Of a stretch of DNA of 42,271 bases, positions 23,597 to 35,601 are shown piece after piece. The stretch spans positions 1 through 42,271 of the forward strand of contig JAVECL010000152.1 in NCBI GenBank assembly GCA_051942245.1, read 5' to 3'. The notes below the pieces were generated by a model, which made no database searches, was not told the DNA's origin, and saw nothing but the letters and a program-made list of their open reading frames with translations. Every line of letters begins with the position of its first letter. Positions within the stretch are counted from its first letter, which is position 1. Made by a program: the position numbers and the translations under genes. Origin of the DNA: Trypethelium eluteriae. Taxonomy: Eukaryota.

Positions 23597-25202
23597 ATGA
23601 GAAAACCAGTGCAGGAGCTTCCAATGCTTGGTCGAATATTTGTGGAACAGGCGCCACCAAAATATCCTCTGGACAGGTTAGCTGCACCATCACGGCAACA
23701 GCCTGTATTTTCGAACATTTACCAGGTTCGCAAGAATCACAACTAATCATGCGTTCCACTCGCAGCGGCGACTACGAACTCAGGATCCGCCAACAGCCTC
23801 GAGAGGCACTTGTCGCACAAGATGGCAAGGGCAAGGGTGAGTTCAAGACCTGAGAACGCCTGCTAAAGACCTAGGCTGATGGCTTCAACCCCAATCCAGC
23901 CCGAAAACCCGTTGATCCTCCCCCGATAATTCAAGTCTCAGTACGAGAAGATGCCGACCCCGGCCAGTAAGACATTCTACTGTGACGCTCTTCCACGTAG
24001 TCTAACAACATCAGACAGTTTCTGCAGAGCCCCTACCTTTTCATGTGTTGTAGTCTCTGGGTGCACGGCAAACCTCCCGACCCAGCCGAAAGTCAGCGCC
24101 CAAGTACAACCCTTGCGGGATCTCTTGTCTCGTCTCTTCACCGACTCAAGGACATCGATAATAGAGGTGGGCAACACTCTTGATATCAGCTGCGACGATG
24201 CCACGTGCACTAATCAAGTCCTATAGATGGAGGATTTTTCGTCTTTGGCGATCTCTCCGTCAAGATTGTTGGCGAACACCGACTGCATTTTAGCCTTTTT
24301 GAAATGCGCAAGTGAGCTGTCTACTTCAACAGCTTAAGGCGAGTAGTAGCTGACCACATGCAGGTTACAAGGTCAGGTAGTCTACCTGACGAGCATTACT
24401 TCGGATCTCTTCACAGGTATTGAGTACTTCACCTCCAGATAGCACGACTGCGCTGACTCCTCCAGTTTCACCACATAAGGATTGGAAAGGCCTAGATGAA
24501 TCAACCGTTTTGTCGAGAGCCTTTTCTGATCAAGGTGTTCGACTCAGGTTACGCAAGGAGCCACGGGGTCTCATGTGAGCATCTACCCGACATCATTCAA
24601 GTTCTGGAGTGGCTGTGTCTTCTAACCCTTGAAAATGAGACAGGGCTGGATCCAAACGTTCCCTTCATCAGTTTGGATCTACAACATCTGGCGATACCCC
24701 GGCTCCTACAACATCTCTTGCCCAGCAGCCATCACTAGCTTACGGCTATGGTGGATCAGGTTCTCAGTGGGCAGAGCTTCCAAACAAGCGTCAAAGGCAC
24801 AACGAGCAAAGCAGTTACGATTTCACGAGGGACCCTTATCGACAATTACCAGGCTTTGATAATCGAGGTGTGATGTACCAGAACAGACAGGGGGCGGCAT
24901 ACGGAGACATAAGCCACAGTAGGCAATCCTCCCAAGGTCAATATCCATACCCTACACCACCACAAGGCTCGGATATGTCGTCATACTATCAGGGACAATC
25001 CTATACTCCCTCACAGAGCAGGATGGGACTTCCATACCGCACGCCTGAGATGATGGGACATTTGACACTCGATCAAGCTACGACCTCCCCAACACCTGGC
25101 CAAATGCCTTCTAATCGTGACAATGAATTCAGAGGGGCCAGAACAACAGAACAGGCGGAGGACTTTGGGGACCCAGCAATATGGGCACGGAGTTGGGCGT
25201 AA
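23597..25202 (+). CDS. vosA: Velvet-domain transcription factor, VosA type
   Basis: Exons 23597(or 23624)-23676, 23766-23836, 23900-23966, 24015-24166, 24227-24311, 24364-24416, 24466-24574, 24644-25202; all GT-AG and phase-consistent. Product: [88 protein letters not shown], then a Q/S/Y/P-rich tail. Confidence 0.9.
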
Positions 25203-27121
25203 ACGCTGCGTTGCTCGCCTTCCTTGGTGTTTGAAAGCAGCTCTTGGGTGAGAACCTCAGACGCTGCGTCTCACATTGGAAGGCAATGCGCTTCGAGCTC
25301 AGCAATCAGCATTCGACGTGACCACCAAGCTTGGCACGAGTGTTATTCCAATCTTTTCAGAAACGCTCGTTCCAACGGGGATTTCCTAGCGGAAACATCC
25401 ATAGCTTTGTCGACTGTGATACAGATCTAGGAAATACTTGCATCCGGCTTCATCTCTGGTGAAGTCAATACCAGCAGACAGCACGCCACGATGTCCATTG
25501 TCACACCCGACATGAACTCGAAGACACTCATGACGGGACTTGACGTGATGATGAAAAAGTGCTAAGAAAGCATACTCTCCTATACAATCGAATTTGTTAT
25601 TTCTTCTGGGACTGAGGAGGCCCTCAGGCTAGGGGTGTAGATTTGGCGTAAGTCAGCCCCCGGGGTCTTCGATTACCTACCGTTACCATTCAGACTTCTC
25701 ATGCAAAATCCAAGGTTTCCAATCCCAAAAGTGCAGCCACTCTTAGAAGTTTAGCTATGGCCGGAAAAATAGATTTTAAAAAGTCCTGTTTTCTCATACA
25801 GATATAATCCTAGCAAAAATAATTGTTAATGTAGATTTTTAAATTCTCTCAATCAAATTATATTCAGGCTCGCACATAAAGCTCAAAACTAAATTCTCTG
25901 GGGTAGTTCTCTGACGTATATGGTGGGCTTATTTTTGAAGGGTTTTTTGGTGTGTAATTTTGCATGTGATCGAAGGGCAACGGTAAGTAATCGAACACCT
26001 TTAGGGCTGACTTAGATGTTGGAAAACGTTCGTCTGCGTGCAGAATGGGGCTTGCTCTCGGCCATACCGAACACGTTTTCATATCTGAGATCTTCTTAGA
26101 AAGATATTGCAAAGAGACCTGAGAGTCACGAGATGGAATCGCAATGAGATGGTGAAGCAGAGCTACTATACGACATGCTTTCCCCAGGATCGAGCCTTTC
26201 TGTGGAGAGCACCCATTCGAGTAAATTCAAGTAACTATTTAGGGCATTCCAATGATGGCGCGCTGAACAACGCTTCGGGTAGACCTGCCGATAATTAGGG
26301 AATAGGAGACGATACTGGGCATGCTTTTCAAAGCCTCCTGGATTGACAGTGCGTATACCACTCTCTACACATTCGACGCTCGGCTCGTCAGTTCCTAAGC
26401 GAACGACGGGGCGTGTCTTTCATGGGCTTGTTGTATTTCCGGCAGCTCTTATGGTTGATAACGAGCCCACGAGATCTATAATGAAGAGAAAGGTGCTGTT
26501 TGATGTGCATTGGGTATCCTAGCACGTGCCGACAGGAAGACTGGCCGAGGACTGAACCTAAGCATAACCAAAGCAGAGCCCGAAGCCAAAAAAAAGGAAG
26601 GGATGAGACACTGATGCCGTAGAGTATTCTGATACTGATAGCCTCTGAATACGATAGTGAAACAAAAGGAAGCGATTCCAAGCAACTCCGCTTTCTGTAC
26701 TCCGTAGCTTGCCCTCCCTCAGATCAGTATAACCTTATCTCAGTTACAGGGGAGGTGAGTTATCGAGAGTTAGCGTGTGACGCGCCTCCAGGGTCCAATA
26801 TTGCTGAGGGTGGCTGAGATTACCAGTCGCTCTTGCTTTATTTTGCCTAATAAAAGACCGCCTTCCCGACGCTCTGGGCCGGTGCCAGTCCGCTCGCTTC
26901 TAATCGGCCCTAACTCGGAAATTTCTTCGGTTCACTTAGCCGCTAGCCGACACAATTACACCATTAATTATCGACCTGACGCCGTAGATCAGGGTTTCGG
27001 CGGATAATCTCATAAGCTCTTTGATTCGTTGGATTGCCTCCTCTTCTGATCTAGCGCGGCCATCTCCTACCTCGATTTCTTGAAGGACTTCCTCACTCAG
27101 CTTCGCAGCCCATTCACAACC

Positions 27122-27514
27122 ATGCCTCAAGGCGCTGTAAAGCAGAAGGCTGCGGCCAACCCTGGAAAGTGTGCATTGATTGTCTCCCTACGCTGAAGAA
27201 TTGTGACACGCTAAACCCAACCCTAGGCCTTCTGCTCTTGGGCCGAAGCGCGGCGCCAAGATCATCAAACCAAAGAAAGCGGCTCTTGTCAAGCAGCAGA
27301 AGATAAAAAAGGTAAGGCAATTGCAGATACCAAAACTTGCAAACTATCACAACCGGGGGTCTGACTCGGTGTTCAGAAGCACTCAGCAGGTCTCACTGCT
27401 ATGACAGAGCGGAATCTTGCTGAGAAGGCCGGTCATCTCGAAATGCTAGCCGGGGGCAAGAAAGAGAAGAAGAAGACGAGCGAGAAAGCTGTGAGCAAGT
27501 CAGCCAGGAAATGA
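27122..27514 (+). CDS. Small basic UPF0390/DUF2462 (C19orf53-like) protein
   Basis: Exons 27122-27168, 27227-27311, 27377-27514: MPQGAVKQK...[53 protein letters not shown]...*. Not in the ORF track. Confidence 0.85.
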
Positions 27515-28128
27515 GCAAAATGCTTCCATTGTAAAGGATGCCCATCCTGCCATGATATCCTTCCATTCTGGCATTGCCTCAATCAGGGTCTTCGCCGTCA
27601 TGGCCCTCTCTTACGGAATTCACGTGGGCACGGGGGGAAAGAACCCTCCCGTAATGACCCAAACAACACGACTGTTAGTACAGTTAGCATCTGCGCTGTA
27701 CCTGCAGAAGTGTGAGATAATCGCACGCTTGCCGATTCCCAGCGATGACGAAACTTTCATGTGCGCCTTTGAGTTTGGTCATTTGGAAATCTCAGTATTG
27801 AAGGCGGGCGGGACCAGAGCATTCGGCCCGAAAGGGATTTTTACTACGGGCAATTCCCTTGTTGCTGATACGGATCGCTGTCTCATGCGGTGTAGACGAG
27901 TCAATTCAGCTCGGGTTTTCAGCGCCTCGGCGATCAAAATCAAGAAACCCTTATGAAAATAGTCAAGGAGCCATGCGAAAAGACTATGAAGCATCCAATT
28001 GCTCTAACGGCAGTTCACATGGGCATGGTGTTCGTGCACGTCGGCACATGTTCAGCGATCCATTTGCCGAGGCAGGGATTGCAATGTTATGATTGATGCT
28101 GCTTGAAAACTTGGTCGACGTAGTATTC

Positions 28129-30169
28129 TCATGCTGTCTGGGCTATCCTACCCACGCCAAGCACGCACCAATATTCCAGTTCTCTCTGCTCCTTCCTTTC
28201 CTTTATTCCTCCTGCTGCTCTTTCCACTGCAGATGCACCCTCACCTGGGCCAGTCTCTGTCTCATACTCAATACGAACATAAAGGGGTATCTCAAGAACA
28301 TTAGCATCTTCGCCGGCAAACCGTGCCTTGACATCATCTTCGTCATCATCACCACTTGCTGTCGCCGGATCGTGTCCTTCACCGGGCGGCTTCTGTACTG
28401 TAGGAACAGGACTGTTGACTACTCCAGGAAGAACTTCCAGAACCACGCTAGTCCAGTTCCTTCCTCGTTCCCACACCTTTCCTGCCTCTGCTTGCTTCTG
28501 TCCACTCGCGTTGCTTTCCAAAGCAGCGGCTGCATCTTTGATACTCTTCTCCCTCGACTCCTTGGCCCCAACGTCGAGCGCTTCATCCCAGACATCTCCA
28601 CTGGCGCCGACTTCGAATTGCGGACATAATATCGTGACTCGTGATCGTGAAGCAGGAGCGTTGGGACGAAGAGGCGGCGTAAGTGAAGGCGTAGCAAGAG
28701 TCACTTTGATTGGGTCGAACAATGGATTATGGACCGTAAGGAGGAGCGAGAGAGACCTTGCAGGAGGTATGGCGTCCAGAGACACCGATGAGGCTATGGA
28801 CGAGGCCGTAACGGAAGAAGTCGGTGTACCCGTACCTGCTGAAGATGACAGGCGGGCCGCGGTAGATGTAAGAGGGTGTGTAGCTGGCAAACCCAGGGCA
28901 GCCGGAGCTGTGAGAGGTCGTAGGCGTAGGCTGGGTATGTAGTTTAATGCTAATAGTCTTATTTTATATCTTGTACTCGCGACTTTTGGCTCCGGTCTAA
29001 CGAGAATATGTCGGCAGGTTCGACATCGTTTCGAGCGTTTTGTGCGTAGAAGTGTGGGCACTGGTCGCAGGTCTGAGACGAGAGTGGCGTCCATGTTGTC
29101 TGGGTGTTCACGTCGTTGCTCCTGACTCGTCGTTGCATCCCAGCCCATCTGCTGCATGCTCTCTACGATTTTTTCCTCATCATTATCCTTAGTTAACCTC
29201 ACGCCCTCCATTTCGCTCTGCGCCTCTCTCATAGGTGCTGGCTTGTCCTTGCCGCGTTTCGGTCCTAGATTACTCCCATACATACTCATGATACGAGACA
29301 GAGTACCAGGAGAGCTGATCCCATAGTCAGACAGTGCACCGAATGCACCACCAAGAGCAGAACCGCCTGTTGACTCCAAAATTTGGCTCTTGTAGAAAGC
29401 ATTCAGGTTCGCGAAGAGATCGCGATCATCAGGCGGATAAGATTCTTTTTCGGTAGCCTTAGGCGTCTCAGGCTCTTCAAACTGGGAAATACTACCTCGT
29501 GACACTTGACGTCGAAGCTTTAATTGTTCTCTCTCTTTATCCTTCTGCGACATCACAACTCGACCACCGTTCTTGATTCGCTGTAGCTGATCGTATATCT
29601 CCTTTCCCTTGTCAAATTGGATACCAATCTCGACGGAACTCCAGCTACAATATGGACAGTGTAGGAAGTAAGGACCAGTAGCTTGCTGTCCCTTGTCGAG
29701 CGGGTGGCTGCCTTCTTGTGCCTTGTCTGTCTCTTCATTCTGTCCAACGATGGAAAGATTAGACATACAAAGAGGGCAATTAAAGCAACTTCGCGTGCAC
29801 CTATAATTAACATGAGTAGAATGCTCGAATAGATGGTGACCTTCCGCAGTAGGCTACACACTACCTATTGCCATCGCTCTTGACCATACTATTTGCGTAT
29901 TCGAACAAGCAACTCGGGCAGTACCAAGTCATGATCTCTTCGACCCAGCATCTTGGGCAGCGAATCTGATGACAATCTTCGCAGTATAGTAGGTGCTCGA
30001 GTGGATATAAGGCGTAATTCGCACGTGGGGATTGGGAATGGAAAGTGCTCTCTTCGTCTTCCGCTGCACCACCTGCGGGTTCGGTCGAGTATGGATCGGT
30101 CGTCGACGAAAAAGAAGTCGTTTCGGTGCAGGGGCAGGCAAAGTATGTATACGGAAAAGGGAGAGCCAT
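28129..30169 (-). CDS. DCTN4: Dynactin p62 subunit (DCTN4 / Neurospora ro-2 type)
   Basis: Exons 30169-29865 and 29800-28129. Cys-rich LLYCEDCHQIRCPRC..CPSCLFE..NRCTRSCFNCPLC, CPYCSWSS, LRTKRSKRCRTCRHILVRPE. Confidence 0.92.
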
Positions 30170-30714
30170 TCTTGTCTACCAAGCTATGTAGGCTTCGCCG
30201 AGGATTGGCGAAAAAGTGTGGCTAATGCTTGAGGGCGAATGCATGCGGTGTCTGCGGAGCCGGCCGTAATCGCGAAGGAGATGATTGGAGGACGAATACT
30301 TCAGGTGAAGAAAAAACAATCACCATGAAGAGTTGGGGAGGATGAATTTAATGCGATGTAGATCAGAGGCAATAGTACTGATTGACGGTATCCATATTTC
30401 GAATTGACTGTTAATGAGGTCGGTGCAGGAGTGGTAAGTTTGTATAGAGTTTGGAACTGGTGATAAGGCAAATGGTACTCTACGTCCGCCGTAGCGTGTA
30501 AACAATGACGTATCTCGGGTGAAAGCTTCCCGAGCCTTCCTCTTCTCACTTTCTCATAATGGAGACGACACCGCGTCGGCGTCAAAGTCACCGACGTCAT
30601 GTCAAACAGATTCGACGCGATCGTCGATCAAATCCCATTTCAAGCATTATTACGACCGCAGTCAGACATAGGGAGCAAGGTGGGCTTTTATAAGATGGAC
30701 AATCATCTAGGAAG

Positions 30715-31857
30715 ATGAATTGTATTTCACGCAGCCTTCGGAGGGCAAGGATTGGGACCGGGTTTTCCACTGTACAACGCCGCTGCTATGCAGTGCAAGC
30801 TCCTGGCAATCCTCCTCCGGAGGTCTTCAACGAAAAACACAAATGGCTACAGCGAGAACGAGCGGCCTCGAAGCCAGAGGCCAGTCGACAAGTTGATGCT
30901 CTGCGCGACGAAATAGCCTCTCGACTGTGCGAGCGACTACTCGTAAGTTCCTTTCCGACCACCACAACATCTCTCACACCTCCTGACCACCAATCCGCAC
31001 AGGACATCAAACGCGACTTCTCCAACGTCCTCGACCTCGGCGCCGGCCCCTGCACCATCGCTCGCACCCTCACGCAGCCCAACCCCGACCCGGACTCCAC
31101 CCAACCCATCACCGCGCCCCTCAGCACCCGCATCTCGAACCTCACATGCGTCGACACCTCGCCGACCCTGCTGCACCGGGACGCCAGCCTCCCCTTCAAC
31201 CACCTGCTCCCGTCCTTAACGCGAACCGTCGTGCCAACACTCGAGCAGCCGCTGCCCTTCGCGCCCAACACCTTCAACGCCATCCTCTCATGTCTGTCGC
31301 TGCACTGGGTGAACGACCTCCCCGGGCTGCTCGGGCACTGCAACGCGCTGCTTTGCCCAGACAGCCCCTTTATAGGCGCGATGCTGGGCGGCGACACGCT
31401 GTACGAGCTGCGGACGAGCCTGCAGCTGGCGGAGATGTCGCTGCTGGGGGGCACCGCGCAGCACATGAGTCCGCTGGCCGATGTACGCGATGTCGGCGGG
31501 GTGTTGCAGCGGGCGGGGTTCAAGCTGCTGACGGTCGATATCGATGACTTGGTCATTGAGTTTCCGTCGGTGTTTGATCTGATGGTGGATCTGCAAGCGA
31601 TGGGGGAGAGCAATGCGGCGGTGATGAGGGAGCCGAGTGGTTTGCGGAGGGATGTCATGGCTGCGGCGGAAGCGATCTATAGGGAGTTGCATGGAGAGGA
31701 TGGGAACGAGGGGGTCCCGGCGACGTTTAGGATCATATATATGATTGGGTGGAAGGAAGGGGAGGGCCAACAGACACCGTTGGAGAGGGGAAGCGGCATG
31801 GTGAGCATTAAGGAAGTGTTAGAGGGTAAGAAGGAGGGTTCAGGTGACGATAAATAG
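30715..31857 (+). CDS. NDUFAF5: Complex I assembly factor NDUFAF5 (SAM-dependent methyltransferase fold)
   Basis: Presequence-like N-terminus, VFNEKHKWLQRERAA, LRDEIASRLCERLL|DIKR, VLDLGAG, SLHWVNDLPG, GGDTLYELRTSLQLAE, DLQAMGESNA, ATFRIIYMIGWK. In-frame intron 30943-31002. Confidence 0.92.
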   Translation: MNCISRSLRRARIGTGFSTVQRRCYAVQAPGNPPPEVFNEKHKWLQRERAASKPEASRQVDALRDEIASRLCERLLVSSFPTTTTSLTPPDHQSAQDIKRDFSNVLDLGAGPCTIARTLTQPNPDPDSTQPITAPLSTRISNLTCVDTSPTLLHRDASLPFNHLLPSLTRTVVPTLEQPLPFAPNTFNAILSCLSLHWVNDLPGLLGHCNALLCPDSPFIGAMLGGDTLYELRTSLQLAEMSLLGGTAQHMSPLADVRDVGGVLQRAGFKLLTVDIDDLVIEFPSVFDLMVDLQAMGESNAAVMREPSGLRRDVMAAAEAIYRELHGEDGNEGVPATFRIIYMIGWKEGEGQQTPLERGSGMVSIKEVLEGKKEGSGDDK

Positions 31858-32082
31858 GCCAGATTTTGTCGATTTATATGTTAAAAACTACTTGTAAACA
31901 TTACCGAAATACATGGAGATCGTGAAGCCTTTGAGCTACGATAGGCCGTGAAAAACTGCAGCAGATGCACTCGCGCCAGAAGTCATTCCATCCGCGCGTA
32001 CTTGCCAGATGATAATATTCCTATTCGAAAATGCTCCCACATCTGCTGATTGCTCTGTTGCCTCGAAGTTCGGAGCCGAAGA

Positions 32083-33860
32083 TTAGTGGATGACATCGAT
32101 CGTGCCATCTTCGAAGTACTTCATAGCGGCGTGCTGGAGCCGCGATTTAGCATGCAAAGCCTTACCGGTCGGCTGAATTTGGGGCACTTACCAGATCTTT
32201 CCCATGCATTCTGGCGAAGTGGCACCCGTTACCATACAGGCAACCATATCCCAAGTTTTCGCCCTGACACTGGTGGCCCCAAAAGCAATCAAAGGACCTA
32301 CAGGCGTTACCAAGCTGGCAGCTCCTCTGGCGTGCTTTCCAGCGAAGAGCTAGTTGCTCTGTAGGACCAAGGCGTTGGCCATGGACGTAGGGGCAATACT
32401 GAGATCTGCATTCTCCCGTCAGATGGTGTTCGTTACAGAATTTATTAATCTTGGTCTGCTCATTGACGTAGTCGATCGCTGGTCTCTCCGCTTTGGCAAG
32501 GGGTGCGTCTACACGTTCATCCATGCTGTTAAGGAGGATGGTTCGTCTTGGTACAAATTTGGGAGAGGCAATATTGATCGACTTTTCAACGGCGCCATTC
32601 TTGCCCACAGTCGCCCAGCTGGATTTATTCTTGGAGTCGCCGGCTAGAGAGGGTGTTACGCTCATTGGAGTTGGGGTACTTCCGCTGTGTGACGGCTGCC
32701 TCTCCATAGCAGAAGTGACTCCGTAAACAGGGGAAGCAGAGACGCCGGATGGCCTTTCGGGGAGATCAGTCGGACGGAAGACAGAATCAAATCGGACAAT
32801 TGGAAATCCTAGCTCTCTGAAGCCTGGTTGGATGGCCGCGGATTGAAGCAAAGTTATACGTTTTGCAGCGAGGGTGTCTTTTTTGTAAGGATCAAGGTTC
32901 GGCAGGTAGCCGTTATCGTGCGTTCCACCAAAAATGATATGCTTGCACTGAACATTTTGGACGAAGAAACGGAAGAATTCTGGCATACGTCAGTTGGTAT
33001 TACGAGAGCGGTTGAGAGAATGGGTTGGCAATTTGAAACTCAAGTGAGAAAGCATCTTTACCTTTCAATTTATGGTCCGCCCTGTCAGCGAATCTTCGTT
33101 AGCATTTGTATACACTGCAAGGGGAGGATTGCATCTCGAACCTTTCCTTACCAAACCCAACATCGATAATACTAAATAAAGGCTGATTTAGACTGAAGGC
33201 GCGGCTGAAGGCATGTATCTCGGTCGGGCTGCTGATCATACCCAGTGAAAATAGCTTTCGTCCTAAACCTTCAAGGTTGGTGTAAACTTGCACCATAACA
33301 GACCAAGCACCAGCGTTCTCGAAGTTTGCTTGGACGTATTGTTTGATTTCTGTCAGAAGTCGATGTGCTGCGTCAGCACCGCCATCGCGTCCTTCTTTAA
33401 GTAATGCATCCTGAAACTACACGAAATCAGTCTCTCGATTTTCTGGGTTATATGGAGACAAAAAGACTTACGATAGCTCCATCACCATCGATAAGAGCTA
33501 GTACGAATGGATTGCTGTCCTACAACCAGTCATTAAGAACGCACATCTTTAGCACGTGAAGGGGGGGAACTTGCTATGCCATTTTCTGCATGTAGCTTCT
33601 CTCTGCGGGCCGTTTCGTATTGTGTCTGCCAGAGGCGACGTGATTGAACCTCATTGTCGTAGTCATTGCATTTCTCCAAATATTTATATTGCAGCTTTTC
33701 GTATTGCTTGACAATGTTCTGAAGCCCTATCAGCACGACCCTCATGATCACGAGATCTCATTACCTCAACAAGAGATTGACGCTCAGCATCAGACTGGCG
33801 AAATCGGTCCAGTTGACCATTAAGGTCTAGACCATCGAAGACGTCTAGCAGTCCTGGCAT
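32083..33860 (-). CDS. Fungal coiled-coil + NYN/PIN-like domain + tandem CCCH zinc-finger protein
   Basis: Exons 33860-33765, 33718-33575, 33519-33472, 33416-33142, 33081-33062, 32979-32192, 32133-32083. Motifs VLALIDGDG, IDVGFGKERADHKLK, IIFGGTHDNGY. Fingers CNEHHLTGECRSQYCPYVH, CQLGNACRSFDCFWGH, C-x7-C-x5-C-x5-H. Confidence 0.85.
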
Positions 33861-34463
33861 TTTTATCCGTAAAGTAGAATGCAGGATTGCAGAGTAAGTC
33901 AAACTGGTATGTGAAGCGCATGTGGCAAGCGAAGTTACTACATGCAGGTGTGTTTGTCCCGTGTGGAGCCATTTGGTAGGCCTCTACGTTTTGTACCACA
34001 CGAGCGCATGAAACACGGACACGTCGTTCTGTGAGCTTCCACGCGATGCGGCGGACGATATTACTAAGATAACGGTCTCCCGTTCAACGCGACATCACGT
34101 GCTTTCGGAAGCCAATTCAAAGATCTCCGATAGCTCCACTTTATCATTGATGTCCGTCCAAGAGGGTTAGGCACGAATGCCCCAGGTACCTGCAAGGCTG
34201 CTGTACGCCGAGTAGTTCAGGAAGGTACCTAAGATTTTAGGATACTGTTAGTCGATAATTTCTTAGCAGCATTCCCCGACTGTCCATACATGAAAACTAC
34301 TCGATACTTCCTTCGAGTGATCTGCCAATTACAAAGTCGGCTTCAAATCTGCCCCGCAGGTAGTGTGCAACCAGTCTCGAGCTACCATTGCCTTCACCAG
34401 AGCTTGACATACACGCCGCCTCCGCCGCTGTTACAGTCCTTGCTCTTCTCTACCTCTTCCGTC

Positions 34464-35308
34464 ATGGCGCAGCCAGAAGCCAAGCGTCAAAAGACTGATA
34501 CCGTTTACGAACTCCTCTATTGGCCTGGCATCCCGGGTCGCGGCGAGTTTGTGCGCCTTGCATTTGAGGTCACTGGCACACCCTACAAGGACGTTGGCAA
34601 CGAGGAAAAGGATGGCGCAAGCCAAGTAATAAAAGCGGTGACTGAAGAAGTGAAGGATGGTAATCCACCTGGTTACGCTCCGCCTGCATTACGAGTGTCT
34701 GGCGCTGGTCGAGATGGCAAGAACCTGCTGATCCACCAAACGCCGAACATCCTAATGTACCTTGGCCCGAAGCTGGGGCTTGTACCAGATGATGAACCTG
34801 GCAAATTATGGGTTAACGAGCTCACGCTGACAGCTTTGGATCTGAACAATGAAGCCCATGACACACACCACCCAATCGGAGTGACAGACTATTACGAAGG
34901 TATTGGGAGCATTGCTAGACGACTTCAGCACCATACTTACACATAATTCTCACAGATCAAAAGGATGAGGCCTTGAAAAAGGCGAAGGACTTTCGTGAAA
35001 CCCGCATACCAAAGTACTTTGGCTACTTTGAGAAGGTGCTCAAGAACAACGGAGAGGGAAAGGGCCAACACCTCGTTGACAGCAGCTTGACATTTGCGGA
35101 TCTCGCCGTCTTCCATGTTGTCGACGGGCTGACATTTGCATTCCCCAAAGAAATTAAGGCAAGAAAGAAGGATTATCCCCTCCTCTTTACGAAACTCTAT
35201 GATGGAGTGAACGAGCTAGAAAGCATCAAAGATTACATGAACAGTGATCGGCGAAAGCCATACAGCTCCGGCATCTTCCGACAGTATCCGGAACTCGATA
35301 GGCAATAA
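34464..35308 (+). CDS. Glutathione S-transferase family protein
   Basis: YELLYWPGIPGRGEFVRLAFE, YAPPAL, IHQTPNILMYLG, SLTFADLAVFHVVDGL. Exons 34464-34899 and 34956-35308. Confidence 0.9.
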
Positions 35309-35601
35309 GGAGCTGCAAATTATGCGATGCTTTTGGCCTCGTTCGTATATAGGTGCATCGGGGAAAAAGTGATTTTCAATGAAATTGATATATGTTTAAA
35401 ATTAGGCGGGAAAAGCAATCAAGCCCAGTTTGAAAGCTCGGGATACTGAAATTGAAGTCAAACTTGATTGTGGCTATCTATCGTCCACAGTCTTGTGTTG
35501 GATGGAAAATGAGTTCAATGACTAATGCATCTGGAGTGATGTCTTTGCGCCGATGCCATACCGTTTGCCTCAAATGGTCCTCTGCATAGGATGCCGCCTA
35601 T

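Noticed and set aside
25546..25615. Possible C/D-box snoRNA (GTGATGA ... CTGA)
   Set aside because: No terminal stem, C'/D' boxes or rRNA-complementary guide recognised; a snoscan/Rfam search would be needed.
26936..27130. 64-aa minus-strand ORF with helical-looking sequence
   Set aside because: Antisense of the pyrimidine-rich 5' region of the DUF2462 gene and overlaps its start codon; no family motif.
30786..31770. Long minus-strand and alternative-frame ORFs over NDUFAF5
   Set aside because: Shadows caused by high GC3 depleting stop codons.
809..31857. MCU, NDUFA1 and NDUFAF5 as a mitochondrial gene cluster
   Set aside because: They are about 12-15 kb apart with unrelated genes between them; consistent with chance.
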